From the sequence record PZ445449.1: a DNA stretch of 64,000 bases; one strand, given 5' to 3'. The notes below the pieces were generated by a model. The model saw nothing but the letters and a program-made list of their open reading frames with translations, made no database searches and was not told the origin of the DNA. Source of the DNA: a phage. The position numbers and the translations under genes were made by a program. Positions 47,059-55,438 of this stretch are shown here, one piece after another (within the stretch, counting starts at the first letter, position 1; each line of letters starts with the position of its first letter).

Positions 47059-48080
47059 TACTTGAAAATTCCTGGCATATCAAGTGTAAGGGGGATTTCT
47101 AAAATGGATTTCCTCCTTTTGATATTTCACCGGGCTGGATATTTTAAAATTCTTAGAAAATCAGAAAATGGATCGAAAACTAAAATGGATTTTTCAGAGT
47201 AGGCGCGACAAGCTGAATAACTCATCCTATCGTTTGCACCATATTCCAGGCCACCATTATAGATTTCCCACACATGCTAACCTCCCTCTACTAGAACTTC
47301 CTCCACTTGCCCTTAACCTTCTATGGTAACAATCTAACCACTATCTTGAAGTTGCGGTGCAGCTTTCCAAGTACTCGATCTACTTTTCATTTCATGGCTT
47401 GGATTTTCTGAAAATTTTTCTCGATAAATTTCTCAGTACTCGATCTGTTTTTCGTTTTCTGAATCGGATTTTCTGGAAATCGTTCCGGATCTCGACCTGA
47501 AATTTTTGGGGACGAAATCGATTTTTCGTTTTCAGAAATGGATTTTTAAAATTTCTATATGGGAATATTTTATGGGATACTGTTTTATAGGAAATTGTTA
47601 CGGAGGGTAATTAGCATGCTAATTAAATTTATTAAATGCGAGGAGTTCTCATTTAGAATTTTGAATGATAATCATTCTCGTTTGCAGAATAACGGGCAGG
47701 CCCGGTGATTGTCTCCCGGCCCCTGTTGCCCCGGCTTGTTATTATAGTAACACACAGGACAAAGAAAGCAAGAAGTTTTTGCATAAATTTTTATACGATA
47801 ATGATAATCGTTCTCATTTCATGCAGCGCCCATCCCCAGTGGTTGTCTCCCCCGTCACCGGTGCCTGCCGTCCTTTCGATAGGTATATTTTGCCACCTGG
47901 CGGGGCCGCTGTCAACACTTTTCAAAAAAAAAAAAAATTTCTAACCTGATGCGCTGACCGCTGCAACCTGGCGGGGCCAGCCTGGCAGGGACTAACTGAC
48001 CAGGTAGGAGAGAATGAAGGCTTGCAAACCTGGTGGGCCTATGCTATAGGATAGGTAACAATTGAAGAGGAGGTACAAAA
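47059..48080. repeat. about 1 kb non-coding region with short direct repeats, duplicated ~90-nt units and an A14 tract
   Basis: AAAATGGATTT x4, GTACTCGATCT x2, GGATTTTCTG x2, GATAATC(A/G)TTCTC...TTGTCTCCC units x2, CCTGGCGGGGCC x2, A14 at 47924-47937; no convincing ORF. Confidence 0.6.
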
Positions 48081-48263
48081 ATGGAAGGTAATATGATCCC
48101 CATGGAAAATGTAGCTATTAATGACGCTGAGGCTATCGCCTTGGTTGAAAAGGCTATGGCGGGAGCGTTGGAACATAAAGAAGAGTACGAAAAAATGATG
48201 GTTAACCTGGCAGGGGCGGCGGCTGGAGAATTCTACCCAAAAATAATTTTAACTAATGGTTGA
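48081..48263 (+). CDS. hypothetical small protein (first early-region gene)
   Basis: 60 aa; GAGGAGG RBS. Confidence 0.45.
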   Translation: MEGNMIPMENVAINDAEAIALVEKAMAGALEHKEEYEKMMVNLAGAAAGEFYPKIILTNG

Positions 48264-48288
48264 CAGCTCGGACAGTTCTTGTTATTCT
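48260..48288 (+). promoter_or_regulatory. sigma70-type promoter
   Basis: TTGACA - 17 nt - TATTCT. Confidence 0.5.
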
Positions 48289-48341
48289 TATCCTCGCAAG
48301 GTGAACAACACCACACCAATTAACAGAGAGGATAAAAAATC

Positions 48342-48539
48342 ATGAACGCCTACGGAATTAAAGTACGTCGCAACACTCGCCAGGTGGTCACCAATCAAGT
48401 GATTTGCCGGGTGGATGTAACCATCAACAACGGGCAAGGCCTTTATAAATTTCGTCGCGGTCATAGCTATACCCTGCAACAGCTTAACCGTTGCGCCCTG
48501 ACAAAAGGTCAGATCAACCACTGGTTTAATAAAAAATAA
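48342..48539 (+). CDS. hypothetical small basic protein
   Basis: 65 aa; GAGAGGA RBS. Confidence 0.45.
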   Translation: MNAYGIKVRRNTRQVVTNQVICRVDVTINNGQGLYKFRRGHSYTLQQLNRCALTKGQINHWFNKK

Positions 48540-48541
48540 TG

Positions 48542-48570
48542 TTGACATATGGTCTGACACAAAATATACT
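48542..48570 (+). promoter_or_regulatory. sigma70-type promoter
   Basis: TTGACA - 17 nt - TATACT. Confidence 0.55.
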
Positions 48571-48602
48571 GAAATCGCAAAAGACACTAAGAGGATAAAA
48601 TC

Positions 48603-49001
48603 ATGAAAACCACTACCTTTAATTTTGATAATGCGGACTTTTCTTTTTCTGATGTCAAGAACTGCCGCCGTGATCGTGGATTTTACAAGGCTTATAATCT
48701 GGTGGGCCTAGACGATGATAATAATTTGCACGAAGTAGCGGAGATCCGGTACTATGCCGCCGCCAGCGGTAACACTAACTACTGCGTTTTTTGGATACAC
48801 GACAACAAGAATAATAAGTACGGTTATACTGGTGGCAAGGCGAGCGGTCACGGTTATGATAAGGCCAATGCAGCACTTGAAAGCGCGTTAAATGCTATGG
48901 GGATCACTGCCAACGGCTGGATCTATGAAGATGAGTTTTTGTCAGCACTTGCTGCCCACCTGGGGTATAAAAAGCACATTGTGACATGCGCCCACGAATA
49001 A
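48603..49001 (+). CDS. hypothetical protein
   Basis: 132 aa; AAGAGGA RBS. Confidence 0.5.
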   Translation: MKTTTFNFDNADFSFSDVKNCRRDRGFYKAYNLVGLDDDNNLHEVAEIRYYAAASGNTNYCVFWIHDNKNNKYGYTGGKASGHGYDKANAALESALNAMGITANGWIYEDEFLSALAAHLGYKKHIVTCAHE

Positions 49002-49012
49002 AAAAAAAATTA

Positions 49013-49069
49013 TTGACACGCTGCAAAATTAAAGTAAACTAGACACAAAAGGCGGGAATGTTTCCCGCC
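49013..49069 (+). promoter_or_regulatory. promoter plus 5'-UTR hairpin cassette
   Basis: TTGACA 49013-49018 then -10-like AAAGTAAACT; hairpin GGCGGGAA-tgt-TTCCCGCC at 49051-49069 followed by ACACAAAGGA. Confidence 0.45.
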
Positions 49070-49089
49070 AACACAAAGGAAAAAAGATC

Positions 49090-49485
49090 ATGAATAAGAA
49101 CGTACGCCGCATCATGAACGAACTGGCAAACGATGAAAAAATTATTGATATGCATTTGGTCAACATTTGCCGCCGTTGTGTAACATATAACAACCGCGCC
49201 GCAAAAGCGCGTGAGATGAACGCAAAAGGCACCTTAAAGCCCTTTCAGGTGGTTGTAAAATCTATAACCAGTGCAGCAGGCCAGGCGCATGACCACAACA
49301 ACGGGAGCACTAATATTGATCCGTCTTACGTAATGAAACGGATCCGGACTTGCAAGAATAAAGAGCAGGTGTATAACGTCATAGATTGGCTGGACTCCCT
49401 GGGCGATGTGGTTTATAATAGGTTTTCTGCAGCTATCGAGATCCAGCTTGACAGACTGGACGGGAAAGTACTGAAAACTTACTAA
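49090..49485 (+). CDS. hypothetical protein
   Basis: 131-aa ORF. Confidence 0.5.
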   Translation: MNKNVRRIMNELANDEKIIDMHLVNICRRCVTYNNRAAKAREMNAKGTLKPFQVVVKSITSAAGQAHDHNNGSTNIDPSYVMKRIRTCKNKEQVYNVIDWLDSLGDVVYNRFSAAIEIQLDRLDGKVLKTY

Positions 49486-49486
49486 G

Positions 49487-49533
49487 TTTATTTTTAGATG
49501 GCCTTGACGCCAGGGCCATCAATAAAGTAAACT
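49487..49533 (+). promoter_or_regulatory. conserved 45-bp palindromic promoter element, copy 1
   Basis: TTTATTTTTAG-ATGGCC-TTGACG-CCAGGGCCATC-AATAAAGTAAAC; -35-like hexamer lies inside palindrome ATGGCC...GGCCAT; AT-rich UP-like tract upstream. Confidence 0.5.
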
Positions 49534-49564
49534 AATCCCAGTTAAGCTAAAAGGAGGCTTGAAG

Positions 49565-49684
49565 ATGAGCACTACACGCCAGCACACAAAGGTAACTATT
49601 ATCGTTTGCATCATTGGTTATATCCTGGCGCAAATGTTGATGGGTAGCGCCAACGGTGTCGCAAAATTTTTCTTAAACTTTTAA
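49565..49684 (+). CDS. small hydrophobic membrane peptide (39 aa, below ORF-track cutoff)
   Basis: ATG with AAAGGAGG RBS just downstream of conserved promoter element; single transmembrane-like helix. Confidence 0.4.
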   Translation: MSTTRQHTKVTIIVCIIGYILAQMLMGSANGVAKFFLNF

Positions 49685-49712
49685 TTGACAAGCTAACTTA
49701 GATCGGTATACT
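49685..49712 (+). promoter_or_regulatory. sigma70-type promoter
   Basis: TTGACA - 16 nt - TATACT; followed by hairpin GGGAA-aac-TTCCC. Confidence 0.5.
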
Positions 49713-49762
49713 AAACACATCAACGGGAAAACTTCCCAGAACACACAAAAGGAGAAAACACC

Positions 49763-50104
49763 ATGACCACTATGACCGCCGCAGAAAAAGCTATTCAGAT
49801 CGCTGCCCTGAAAAAACAGATCGCAGACCTTGAGAATAAGATCGATAACTTTGAAATCGACGAGGACAAGTACGACGAAAACTATGATGAATGGTTAGAC
49901 GAGATCTACGGCGAAATTATGATCGGAAACATTTCTTTTCTTCCGTCGCGTATCCTCAAGGAGCTAGATCCTATCGCTTACCGCTGCGGATTTAGCGACT
50001 ACATCGACAGCCTGGATATTGAGGACGATGAAGAATACCAGGAATTACAGACAGAGTTGGAAGAAGCAAAAGAAGAGCTTGCGGAGCTGGAAGAAAACGA
50101 GTAA
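49763..50104 (+). CDS. highly acidic coiled-coil protein
   Basis: 113 aa; strongly D/E-rich (EIDEDKYDENYDEW..., DIEDDEEYQELQTELEEAKEELAELEENE). Confidence 0.5.
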   Translation: MTTMTAAEKAIQIAALKKQIADLENKIDNFEIDEDKYDENYDEWLDEIYGEIMIGNISFLPSRILKELDPIAYRCGFSDYIDSLDIEDDEEYQELQTELEEAKEELAELEENE

Positions 50105-50106
50105 GA

Positions 50107-50152
50107 TTATTTTTAGATGGCCTTGACTCCAGGGCCATCAATAAAGTAAACT
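50107..50152 (+). promoter_or_regulatory. conserved 45-bp palindromic promoter element, copy 2
   Basis: Near-identical to copy 1 (TTGACT instead of TTGACG). Confidence 0.5.
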
Positions 50153-50193
50153 TTATACTGTTAACACTGAACTAATGCATAGGAGTTAAAACC

Positions 50194-50439
50194 ATGGCAG
50201 CACTAATCACTAAATATTACGCCCCTACCAACACCAAAAGCGCCCGTATCATGGTAAAAGGCTTCGGACGTAAAAAGGTTTACACCTGGGATTATTCCCT
50301 AGACATGGAAGACAACTACACCAACGCGATGACCGATTTTATTAATGAACTAAATAAGCAGATCTTAACCAATTATAAGGTGACCGACATCGCCTATGTT
50401 GGGGAAGGTGGGATCTGTTTTGTCGGTATTGTCAAATAA
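50194..50439 (+). CDS. hypothetical small protein
   Basis: 81 aa; TAGGAG RBS. Confidence 0.5.
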   Translation: MAALITKYYAPTNTKSARIMVKGFGRKKVYTWDYSLDMEDNYTNAMTDFINELNKQILTNYKVTDIAYVGEGGICFVGIVK

Positions 50440-50440
50440 G

Positions 50441-50490
50441 CTGTTTTTTCGGTGGCCCTGGTGGCAGGGCCATCTATAAAGATAGTTTAT
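50441..50490 (+). promoter_or_regulatory. variant of conserved palindromic element
   Basis: T-rich tract then GGTGGCCCTG-gtgg-CAGGGCCATC then TATAAAG; shares CCAGGGCCATC-(A/T)ATAAAG core. Confidence 0.4.
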
Positions 50491-50514
50491 TAACACCATG
50501 AAAGGAGAAAGTAC

Positions 50515-50868
50515 ATGATCAGCGGGGCTAGTTTTATTATTGGCGCTATTGCTACAGCTTTAATTGTAAACAAGATCCAGGATAAAAAGGAAAGAGGAAG
50601 TACCGCCCTTGCAGAATATCCATTTTGGACATTCAACGATAACGAAGATTATATTATAAAGTATAAAAATAAAGAAGGTGACCAAGTAACACCGCGACCG
50701 ATCCCGGCTTACAAGATGCAGGAAACACTATACCGCTTGGAGGCAGGGGGCGCAAAAATTGTAGACTTTTGGGGATACGATCACACAGATCAGGAAGTTA
50801 TAAAGCGCCGTATCCGGGCTATTCAGGCCAATATTGAAGTTAGCAAGGGGGGAATATATGAAGATTAA
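50515..50868 (+). CDS. membrane-anchored protein
   Basis: 117 aa; hydrophobic N-terminus MISGASFIIGAIATALIV. Confidence 0.5.
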   Translation: MISGASFIIGAIATALIVNKIQDKKERGSTALAEYPFWTFNDNEDYIIKYKNKEGDQVTPRPIPAYKMQETLYRLEAGGAKIVDFWGYDHTDQEVIKRRIRAIQANIEVSKGGIYED

Positions 50869-51055
50869 TTTTGAGAAAATTGTAAAGCGATCTCATGATT
50901 CCGAAGAGCTGCCGGAACGCCGCCAGCGTAACAATAAACTGAATAAGCCAAAAAGATTTGGGAAGATCTGGCGGAATCATTATGATCGTAAATTGCCGGG
51001 CCTCCTTTTGGAACGTGAACGGCAGGCGGAACGATACCGCCACAAAGGCAACTAA
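50858..51055 (+). CDS. small basic protein
   Basis: ATG 50858 overlapping upstream gene; Arg/Lys-rich. Confidence 0.4.
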   Translation: MKINFEKIVKRSHDSEELPERRQRNNKLNKPKRFGKIWRNHYDRKLPGLLLERERQAERYRHKGN

Positions 51056-51063
51056 CAACCAAC

Positions 51064-51091
51064 GCCCCGCCATCGTGCGGGGCTTTTTATT
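51064..51091 (+). terminator. intrinsic terminator
   Basis: GCCCCGC-catcgt-GCGGGGC followed by TTTTTATTT. Confidence 0.65.
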
Positions 51092-51213
51092 TCTACCCTA
51101 CGAATAGCGCCCCTGGTTGGCCCCACAACGCCCTAAAAGCCCCCTACCCATGCAATCCCATTTCTTAACCTGAAAACATCGTCAAAGGCTGTTTTAAAGC
51201 GTTAAAAATATTG

Positions 51214-51241
51214 TTGACATCTAAAATATTCTAGATATACT
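51214..51241 (+). promoter_or_regulatory. sigma70-type promoter
   Basis: TTGACA - 16 nt - TATACT. Confidence 0.5.
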
Positions 51242-51276
51242 AATCGCATCAAAGCGAGAAGTAAGGAGTAAACGCC

Positions 51277-51537
51277 ATGCGTAAATTAAAAAATTTTGAT
51301 AAAGTTGATATTGTCCTGAATAATTTTTACTACTGCAATAACAAGGCCGTTTGGTGGCGTGATAGTTCCACCGATAAAGTCAAGGCGCGCTTTCTCCAGG
51401 GGCACTGGCAAGGCCGCCCAGTGATTAAAATCATGGGGCAATTGGTAGCGTTTAAAAATTGCCGCCGTGTTGATGACGTTGAAGAGATTTTAAACATTTT
51501 GCGCCACAATAATTTAAAAAATAGTGTTGACAAGTAA
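51277..51537 (+). CDS. hypothetical protein
   Basis: 86 aa; AAGGAG RBS. Confidence 0.5.
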   Translation: MRKLKNFDKVDIVLNNFYYCNNKAVWWRDSSTDKVKARFLQGHWQGRPVIKIMGQLVAFKNCRRVDDVEEILNILRHNNLKNSVDK

Positions 51538-51583
51538 ATCTCAATAAGTATAATTAAAAACACAGGCGGGAAAACTTCCCGCC
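51527..51583 (+). promoter_or_regulatory. promoter plus 5'-UTR hairpin cassette
   Basis: TTGACA - 16 nt - TATAAT (51549-51554), then hairpin GGCGGGAA-aac-TTCCCGCC at 51565-51583, then ACAGGAG RBS. Confidence 0.6.
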
Positions 51584-51611
51584 ACTAACAAAGAAAACAG
51601 GAGAAAATATC

Positions 51612-52235
51612 ATGACCACCGTTAACATTACCACAGGTTGCAATTTATCTTTCGACGTGCTGACCGACGAACAAAAAGAAAAGGCTATTGAAATGGTCCG
51701 CGAAAGAGAAGAACACAGCGGAGAGGATTTTTTCGCAGAAAGTGTAATTGAATACTATAAAGAATATGTTTTTCCAGAGTACGGCCTTGAAGATACCAAA
51801 GTACATTGGTCCGGCTTTTGGTGTCAAGGCGACGGCGCATCAATTAGTGCTGAAAATGTAAACTTAGAAAAATTCTTGCGTAAGGTTAAAGCGCTTACAA
51901 AATTCCGCTTAATTAGACACTTGTTCGGCACAATGCATGATGGCGAACTGTCAGCCAGCGTTGAACGTATCCCGTTTAGCCATTATCATCACGAAAACAC
52001 AATAGGCGGGTGCATCGATACCAATTGGCTAGACCTGACCACCAAGCAAGAGGATAAAGTTGAAGAGCTGGAAGAGCTGATCACCGAGACGGTACGGGAG
52101 TTATCCCGCAAGGTTTACGTAGACCTGGAGCAAGCCTATCTTGAACAATTCACCACCGAAAACCTGATCGGCCTTATCGAGGCCAATGATTGGCGGTTTG
52201 ATGTGGATGAATATGGCGAGATGACTTTTTCATAA
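51612..52235 (+). CDS. hypothetical protein
   Basis: 207-aa ORF. Confidence 0.5.
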   Translation: MTTVNITTGCNLSFDVLTDEQKEKAIEMVREREEHSGEDFFAESVIEYYKEYVFPEYGLEDTKVHWSGFWCQGDGASISAENVNLEKFLRKVKALTKFRLIRHLFGTMHDGELSASVERIPFSHYHHENTIGGCIDTNWLDLTTKQEDKVEELEELITETVRELSRKVYVDLEQAYLEQFTTENLIGLIEANDWRFDVDEYGEMTFS

Positions 52236-52243
52236 ATAAAGTG

Positions 52244-52299
52244 TTGCAATAACCTAAAAACCTGCTATATTAAAACTCAAGGGGCAAGACGTTTGCCCC
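52244..52299 (+). promoter_or_regulatory. promoter plus 5'-UTR hairpin cassette
   Basis: TTGCAA - 16 nt - TATATT, then hairpin GGGGCAA-gacgt-TTGCCCC, then CACACAAAACAAAGAGG. Confidence 0.55.
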
Positions 52300-52324
52300 C
52301 ACACAAAACAAAGAGGTAAACATT

Positions 52325-52705
52325 ATGAAAAACACTACTAAAGCTATTGACACCGTTATGTTTAACCTGGTTACCTTTCGCGAGGACATGAAAGATCTTC
52401 CACGTGAAACAGTGTGCGATCACATTGAAAACTATCGCAAACTAATCAAAGAGTTGCCTTTAAAACGTGACCAGTATGCGGCTAACGCTATGCTCAACGC
52501 CATGATCAAAAAGATGATTCAGTGTGATTTAACCCTGGCCTATGATTATGCAGGTGGTCGTTTTGCAGTATACAATCAGCCCGTGCCTGGTATGGGCACC
52601 ACCGAAGAATTGCACGCGCTCAATCTAAAACAAGACGTGTGGGATAGTATGCCCCGCGTGGTGGTGTGGGCAGAAAGCGGAAAGATTTACGGCGATAATT
52701 TTTAA
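52325..52705 (+). CDS. hypothetical protein
   Basis: 126-aa ORF. Confidence 0.5.
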   Translation: MKNTTKAIDTVMFNLVTFREDMKDLPRETVCDHIENYRKLIKELPLKRDQYAANAMLNAMIKKMIQCDLTLAYDYAGGRFAVYNQPVPGMGTTEELHALNLKQDVWDSMPRVVVWAESGKIYGDNF

Positions 52706-52715
52706 TCAGGTAACA

Positions 52716-52742
52716 GGCGGCATATTTGCCGCCTTATTGTTA
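52716..52742 (+). terminator. intrinsic terminator
   Basis: GGCGGCA-tat-TTGCCGCC followed by TTATTGTT. Confidence 0.5.
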
Positions 52743-52766
52743 AACAGAACTGCAAAAGAGGTACAT

Positions 52767-53141
52767 GGAATGGAATTTATTATTTTGGCCGTATTAGTTG
52801 CCTTGTTTAACGCCTGGATCGCTGGCAAGATGGGTAGATCCGCCTTTTTATGGTTTATTATATCTATTTTCCTGGGGGTGGTTGCAACTATTGTACTTGT
52901 TATCCTTGCAATTGTTGACAAAGGCGATAATAGAAAGGGTAAAGTATTTTCCGACCTGTATGACGCGCAAACATTTGTCAACGCCTATTATAGTGATCTT
53001 CCAGTCTCCCTACGCTGCAGCCTTGCACAACAGGTTTTCGATGAAGCTAAAACCAGAGATCACGCCCATGAGATTTGTTTAACTGAGGCGGATCGCCTAT
53101 TTGAGAGGAATAGAAAATATGTGGGCCAGCCGTTTAAATAA
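52767..53141 (+). CDS. membrane protein
   Basis: ATG 52767 after AAAGAGG; two hydrophobic helices. Confidence 0.5.
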   Translation, partial: GMEFIILAVLVALFNAWIAGKMGRSAFLWFIISIFLGVVATIVLVILAIVDKGDNRKGKVFSDLYDAQTFVNAYYSDLPVSLRCSLAQQVFDEAKTRDHAHEICLTEADRLFERNRKYVGQPFK

Positions 53142-53364
53142 TACCACGTTAATTAATCCCTTTGATGAAGATTTGAAGCCAGCCGCCTGGCGTGATGGAT
53201 TCAATAACGAACGCTTTATTTTCAGGCCTGATCTTAAGGAATTTTATAACAATGGATCGAACAACGACAGAGATAATTTTTCTTGTGATGTGCGTGGTGA
53301 TGGTACTCCTGGGGGCCATTGTAAACCACGTCACTACTACCAGGATGAAAGGGGGAGACGATGA
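53119..53364 (+). CDS. hypothetical small protein
   Basis: ATG 53119 after GAGGA; overlaps alternative-frame ORF 53192-53377, so frame choice is uncertain. Confidence 0.3.
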   Translation: MWASRLNNTTLINPFDEDLKPAAWRDGFNNERFIFRPDLKEFYNNGSNNDRDNFSCDVRGDGTPGGHCKPRHYYQDERGRR

Positions 53365-53480
53365 CAACCAAGGATAAGCCCCGCACCGATAAGGTGCGCC
53401 GGGTTATGGTATGGCTTGAGATCATCGCCCTTGAAATATTGTTAGGCGTAGGGATGTATTTTATCGCTGTAAGTAACTGA
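53361..53480 (+). CDS. small membrane peptide (39 aa, below ORF-track cutoff)
   Basis: ATG after GGGGGAG RBS; hydrophobic helix; followed by terminator. Confidence 0.35.
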   Translation: MTTKDKPRTDKVRRVMVWLEIIALEILLGVGMYFIAVSN

Positions 53481-53484
53481 TAAC

Positions 53485-53515
53485 GGCCCCCGATCCCTGG
53501 GGGCCTAACTTTTTC
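53485..53515 (+). terminator. intrinsic terminator
   Basis: GGCCCCC-gatccct-GGGGGCC followed by TAACTTTTTC. Confidence 0.6.
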
Positions 53516-53537
53516 AAAAAATTTTTCTTCCGGGGTG

Positions 53538-53593
53538 TTGCAATCCGGTCCGAAATATGGATAATAATAATAATCAACGGGGAGCTAATCCCC
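53538..53593 (+). promoter_or_regulatory. promoter plus 5'-UTR hairpin cassette
   Basis: TTGCAA - 17 nt - ATAATA, then hairpin GGGGA-gctaa-TCCCC, then CACAAAAACCAGAAAGGAG. Confidence 0.5.
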
Positions 53594-53624
53594 ACCAACA
53601 CAAAAACCAGAAAGGAGAAACAAA

Positions 53625-53825
53625 ATGAGCAACAATATCCGCGTTATTAACTTCAAAAAAGAAGAAAAAATTGCCGTGCTGATTGACGGTCAAGAAATCT
53701 TTAAAGGTGATTATGAAGATCATCAAACGGCGATTAGTATCACTCGCGTGATTGGTTACCATAATTTTTACCCTCAAGGCGCTGAGGCAGCAGTAAAACG
53801 AATTAAAGAGATTGTAGGCCTGTAA
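53625..53825 (+). CDS. hypothetical small protein
   Basis: 66 aa; AAGGAG RBS. Confidence 0.5.
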   Translation: MSNNIRVINFKKEEKIAVLIDGQEIFKGDYEDHQTAISITRVIGYHNFYPQGAEAAVKRIKEIVGL

Positions 53826-53827
53826 AA

Positions 53828-53873
53828 TTTATTTTTAGATGGCCTTGACTCCAGGGCCATCAATAAAGTAAAT
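53828..53873 (+). promoter_or_regulatory. conserved 45-bp palindromic promoter element, copy 3
   Basis: Identical to copy 2 over the palindrome and flanks. Confidence 0.5.
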
Positions 53874-53916
53874 TTAAACCCTGTTAAAATAATCAGTGCA
53901 AAAAGGAGTAATGATC

Positions 53917-54216
53917 ATGTTTATCCAGGCTAATAATCTTTATTTCTTTGATGGTCAGATCGTAGACGGCGTGGAGGTGGAAATCACCGGGTGCCCTGGC
54001 GGTCAGGTTATGACTTTTCGGAATAATGCCTTTGATGATTCTCATATCGTTATGAGAATGGAAGTTAGTAAGCTGGATGACAAGAAAACACTTATCGACT
54101 ATTCCGTCAAAGATCATCCAGACTACCACATGATCTATGGTGATTTGTGCATTGTTGACCGTGACAAGGTGGGCGGCATTGTGATCGCTATTGTGAACGA
54201 TGTTTTCTCAAACTAA
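53917..54216 (+). CDS. hypothetical protein
   Basis: ATG 53917 with AGGAG 8 nt upstream. Confidence 0.5.
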   Translation: MFIQANNLYFFDGQIVDGVEVEITGCPGGQVMTFRNNAFDDSHIVMRMEVSKLDDKKTLIDYSVKDHPDYHMIYGDLCIVDRDKVGGIVIAIVNDVFSN

Positions 54217-54233
54217 TTTCAGCAGGTGATTTT

Positions 54234-54584
54234 ATGAAAGTAAAACTATATTACCTTAATGAGCTTAACCCCCTTGCCCAGGTCCGCGCCCTGGCTAATA
54301 CCTTGATTTGTGAGAAATCTGTATATTGTGTTGAGCTTAACGCCATGCGTGAACGTCTCAAAGGTGGTTACTTTGACATCCATGCTGCAATCAACGGCCT
54401 GAATATGGAATTTATCCGCTTACGTAACAGCCGCCAGAATCTGGCAAGAATGGAACAAGATCCGGCCCACCTTCGTAAGCTGGTTATTGAAAATCATCTG
54501 ATGTTTAATGCCGATGGTGATTATTACCATTTTCACCGTAAACGCTGGTACCGTAGCGGCAATATAGGAAAGAATGCAAAATAA
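54234..54584 (+). CDS. hypothetical protein
   Basis: 116-aa ORF. Confidence 0.5.
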   Translation: MKVKLYYLNELNPLAQVRALANTLICEKSVYCVELNAMRERLKGGYFDIHAAINGLNMEFIRLRNSRQNLARMEQDPAHLRKLVIENHLMFNADGDYYHFHRKRWYRSGNIGKNAK

Positions 54585-54621
54585 GGCCCCTGGCAGGGCC
54601 TGCAGCGATATAATCACATAA

Positions 54622-54652
54622 AGGCTATGCGGTTGCATAGCCTTTATTATTT
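54622..54652 (+). terminator. intrinsic terminator
   Basis: AAAGGCTATGC-ggt-TGCATAGCCTTT followed by ATTATTTTGG. Confidence 0.6.
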
Positions 54653-54702
54653 TGGCGTTACAGCGGCCCCCAAGGCGCTTAAAAAAATTTTTAAAGAAGT
54701 AC

Positions 54703-54732
54703 TTGCATCAAGTCCTACAATATGGATAATAA
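54703..54732 (+). promoter_or_regulatory. sigma70-type promoter
   Basis: TTGCAT - 17 nt - ATAATA. Confidence 0.45.
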
Positions 54733-54790
54733 AGGGTGTCGGGGGCGGTGAGGCCTCCAATCATTAACCGGATAGATAGGAGTTAAAACC

Positions 54791-55075
54791 ATGGCTATTG
54801 TTACCGTTGGCGATGTAGTAGAAATGGAAGCCAAATACTTAAAAGCTGGTATGCATATCATACGGAATGATCAAGAATTGTTATTAACCATGGTTGAATA
54901 TAATCCCGGTCAGGATTATCCAAGCATTGACTACTTTTTCCAGTATGTTGATGAAGAATTAAAAGAGGATGAGGCTTATCAGGGTGAATTCTGCAATTTC
55001 TTTTGCCCTGATGAGGTTGTAAAAGTTATCTATCAACCTGGCGTACCTTTCCCGCTGCACGCTATCAATAAATAA
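54791..55075 (+). CDS. hypothetical protein
   Basis: 94 aa; TAGGAG RBS. Confidence 0.5.
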   Translation: MAIVTVGDVVEMEAKYLKAGMHIIRNDQELLLTMVEYNPGQDYPSIDYFFQYVDEELKEDEAYQGEFCNFFCPDEVVKVIYQPGVPFPLHAINK

Positions 55076-55129
55076 ACCTGGCGGGGCCGAAAAGGCCCCA
55101 ATTATGAAAATAAAGAGAGGTAAATCATC

Positions 55130-55363
55130 ATGATGGAACAAATTAAACGCGCTGAGGCTATTAATGGCAATGTGATCTATTTTGTCAGCAAAAACGAAAA
55201 AGGCGTACCATATGCGGCGGTAATAGTACAACCTGACGGCGATTATTGGTTTACTGTATACGGATCTTATTCTTTTGGGCGTCCAGTGCATGATAAAATT
55301 TTGAAAGTAGCGAACCCCACCGGGAAGAATATCACGGCAGAAAAATTTTTTGAAAAGTGTTGA
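55130..55363 (+). CDS. hypothetical small protein
   Basis: 77 aa; AGAGAGG RBS. Confidence 0.5.
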   Translation: MMEQIKRAEAINGNVIYFVSKNEKGVPYAAVIVQPDGDYWFTVYGSYSFGRPVHDKILKVANPTGKNITAEKFFEKC

Positions 55364-55414
55364 CATGACCATATAAAACTGTAGTATATAAATCAAAGGG
55401 GGCAACAAGCCCCA
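55360..55414 (+). promoter_or_regulatory. promoter plus 5'-UTR hairpin cassette
   Basis: TTGACA - 16 nt - TAGTAT, hairpin GGGGC-aacaa-GCCCC, then CCACAAAGAGG. Confidence 0.5.
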
Positions 55415-55438
55415 CCAACCACAAAGAGGATAAAAATC

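Noticed and set aside
47665-47949. Track ORFs 47665-47949 and 47705-47944 as genes
   Set aside because: They span the duplicated non-coding units and the A14 tract, overlap in two frames and have no RBS; more likely a reading-frame artefact of repeat DNA
53192-53377. Alternative-frame ORF 53192-53377 as the real gene instead of 53119-53364
   Set aside because: No RBS before its start, whereas 53119 has one; both are weak, and the locus is flagged as uncertain in the feature list
49487-53873. CRISPR array formed by the identical 45-bp repeats
   Set aside because: Only three copies with 620-bp and 3.7-kb spacing, each overlapping promoter-like hexamers and separated by protein-coding genes; no cas genes
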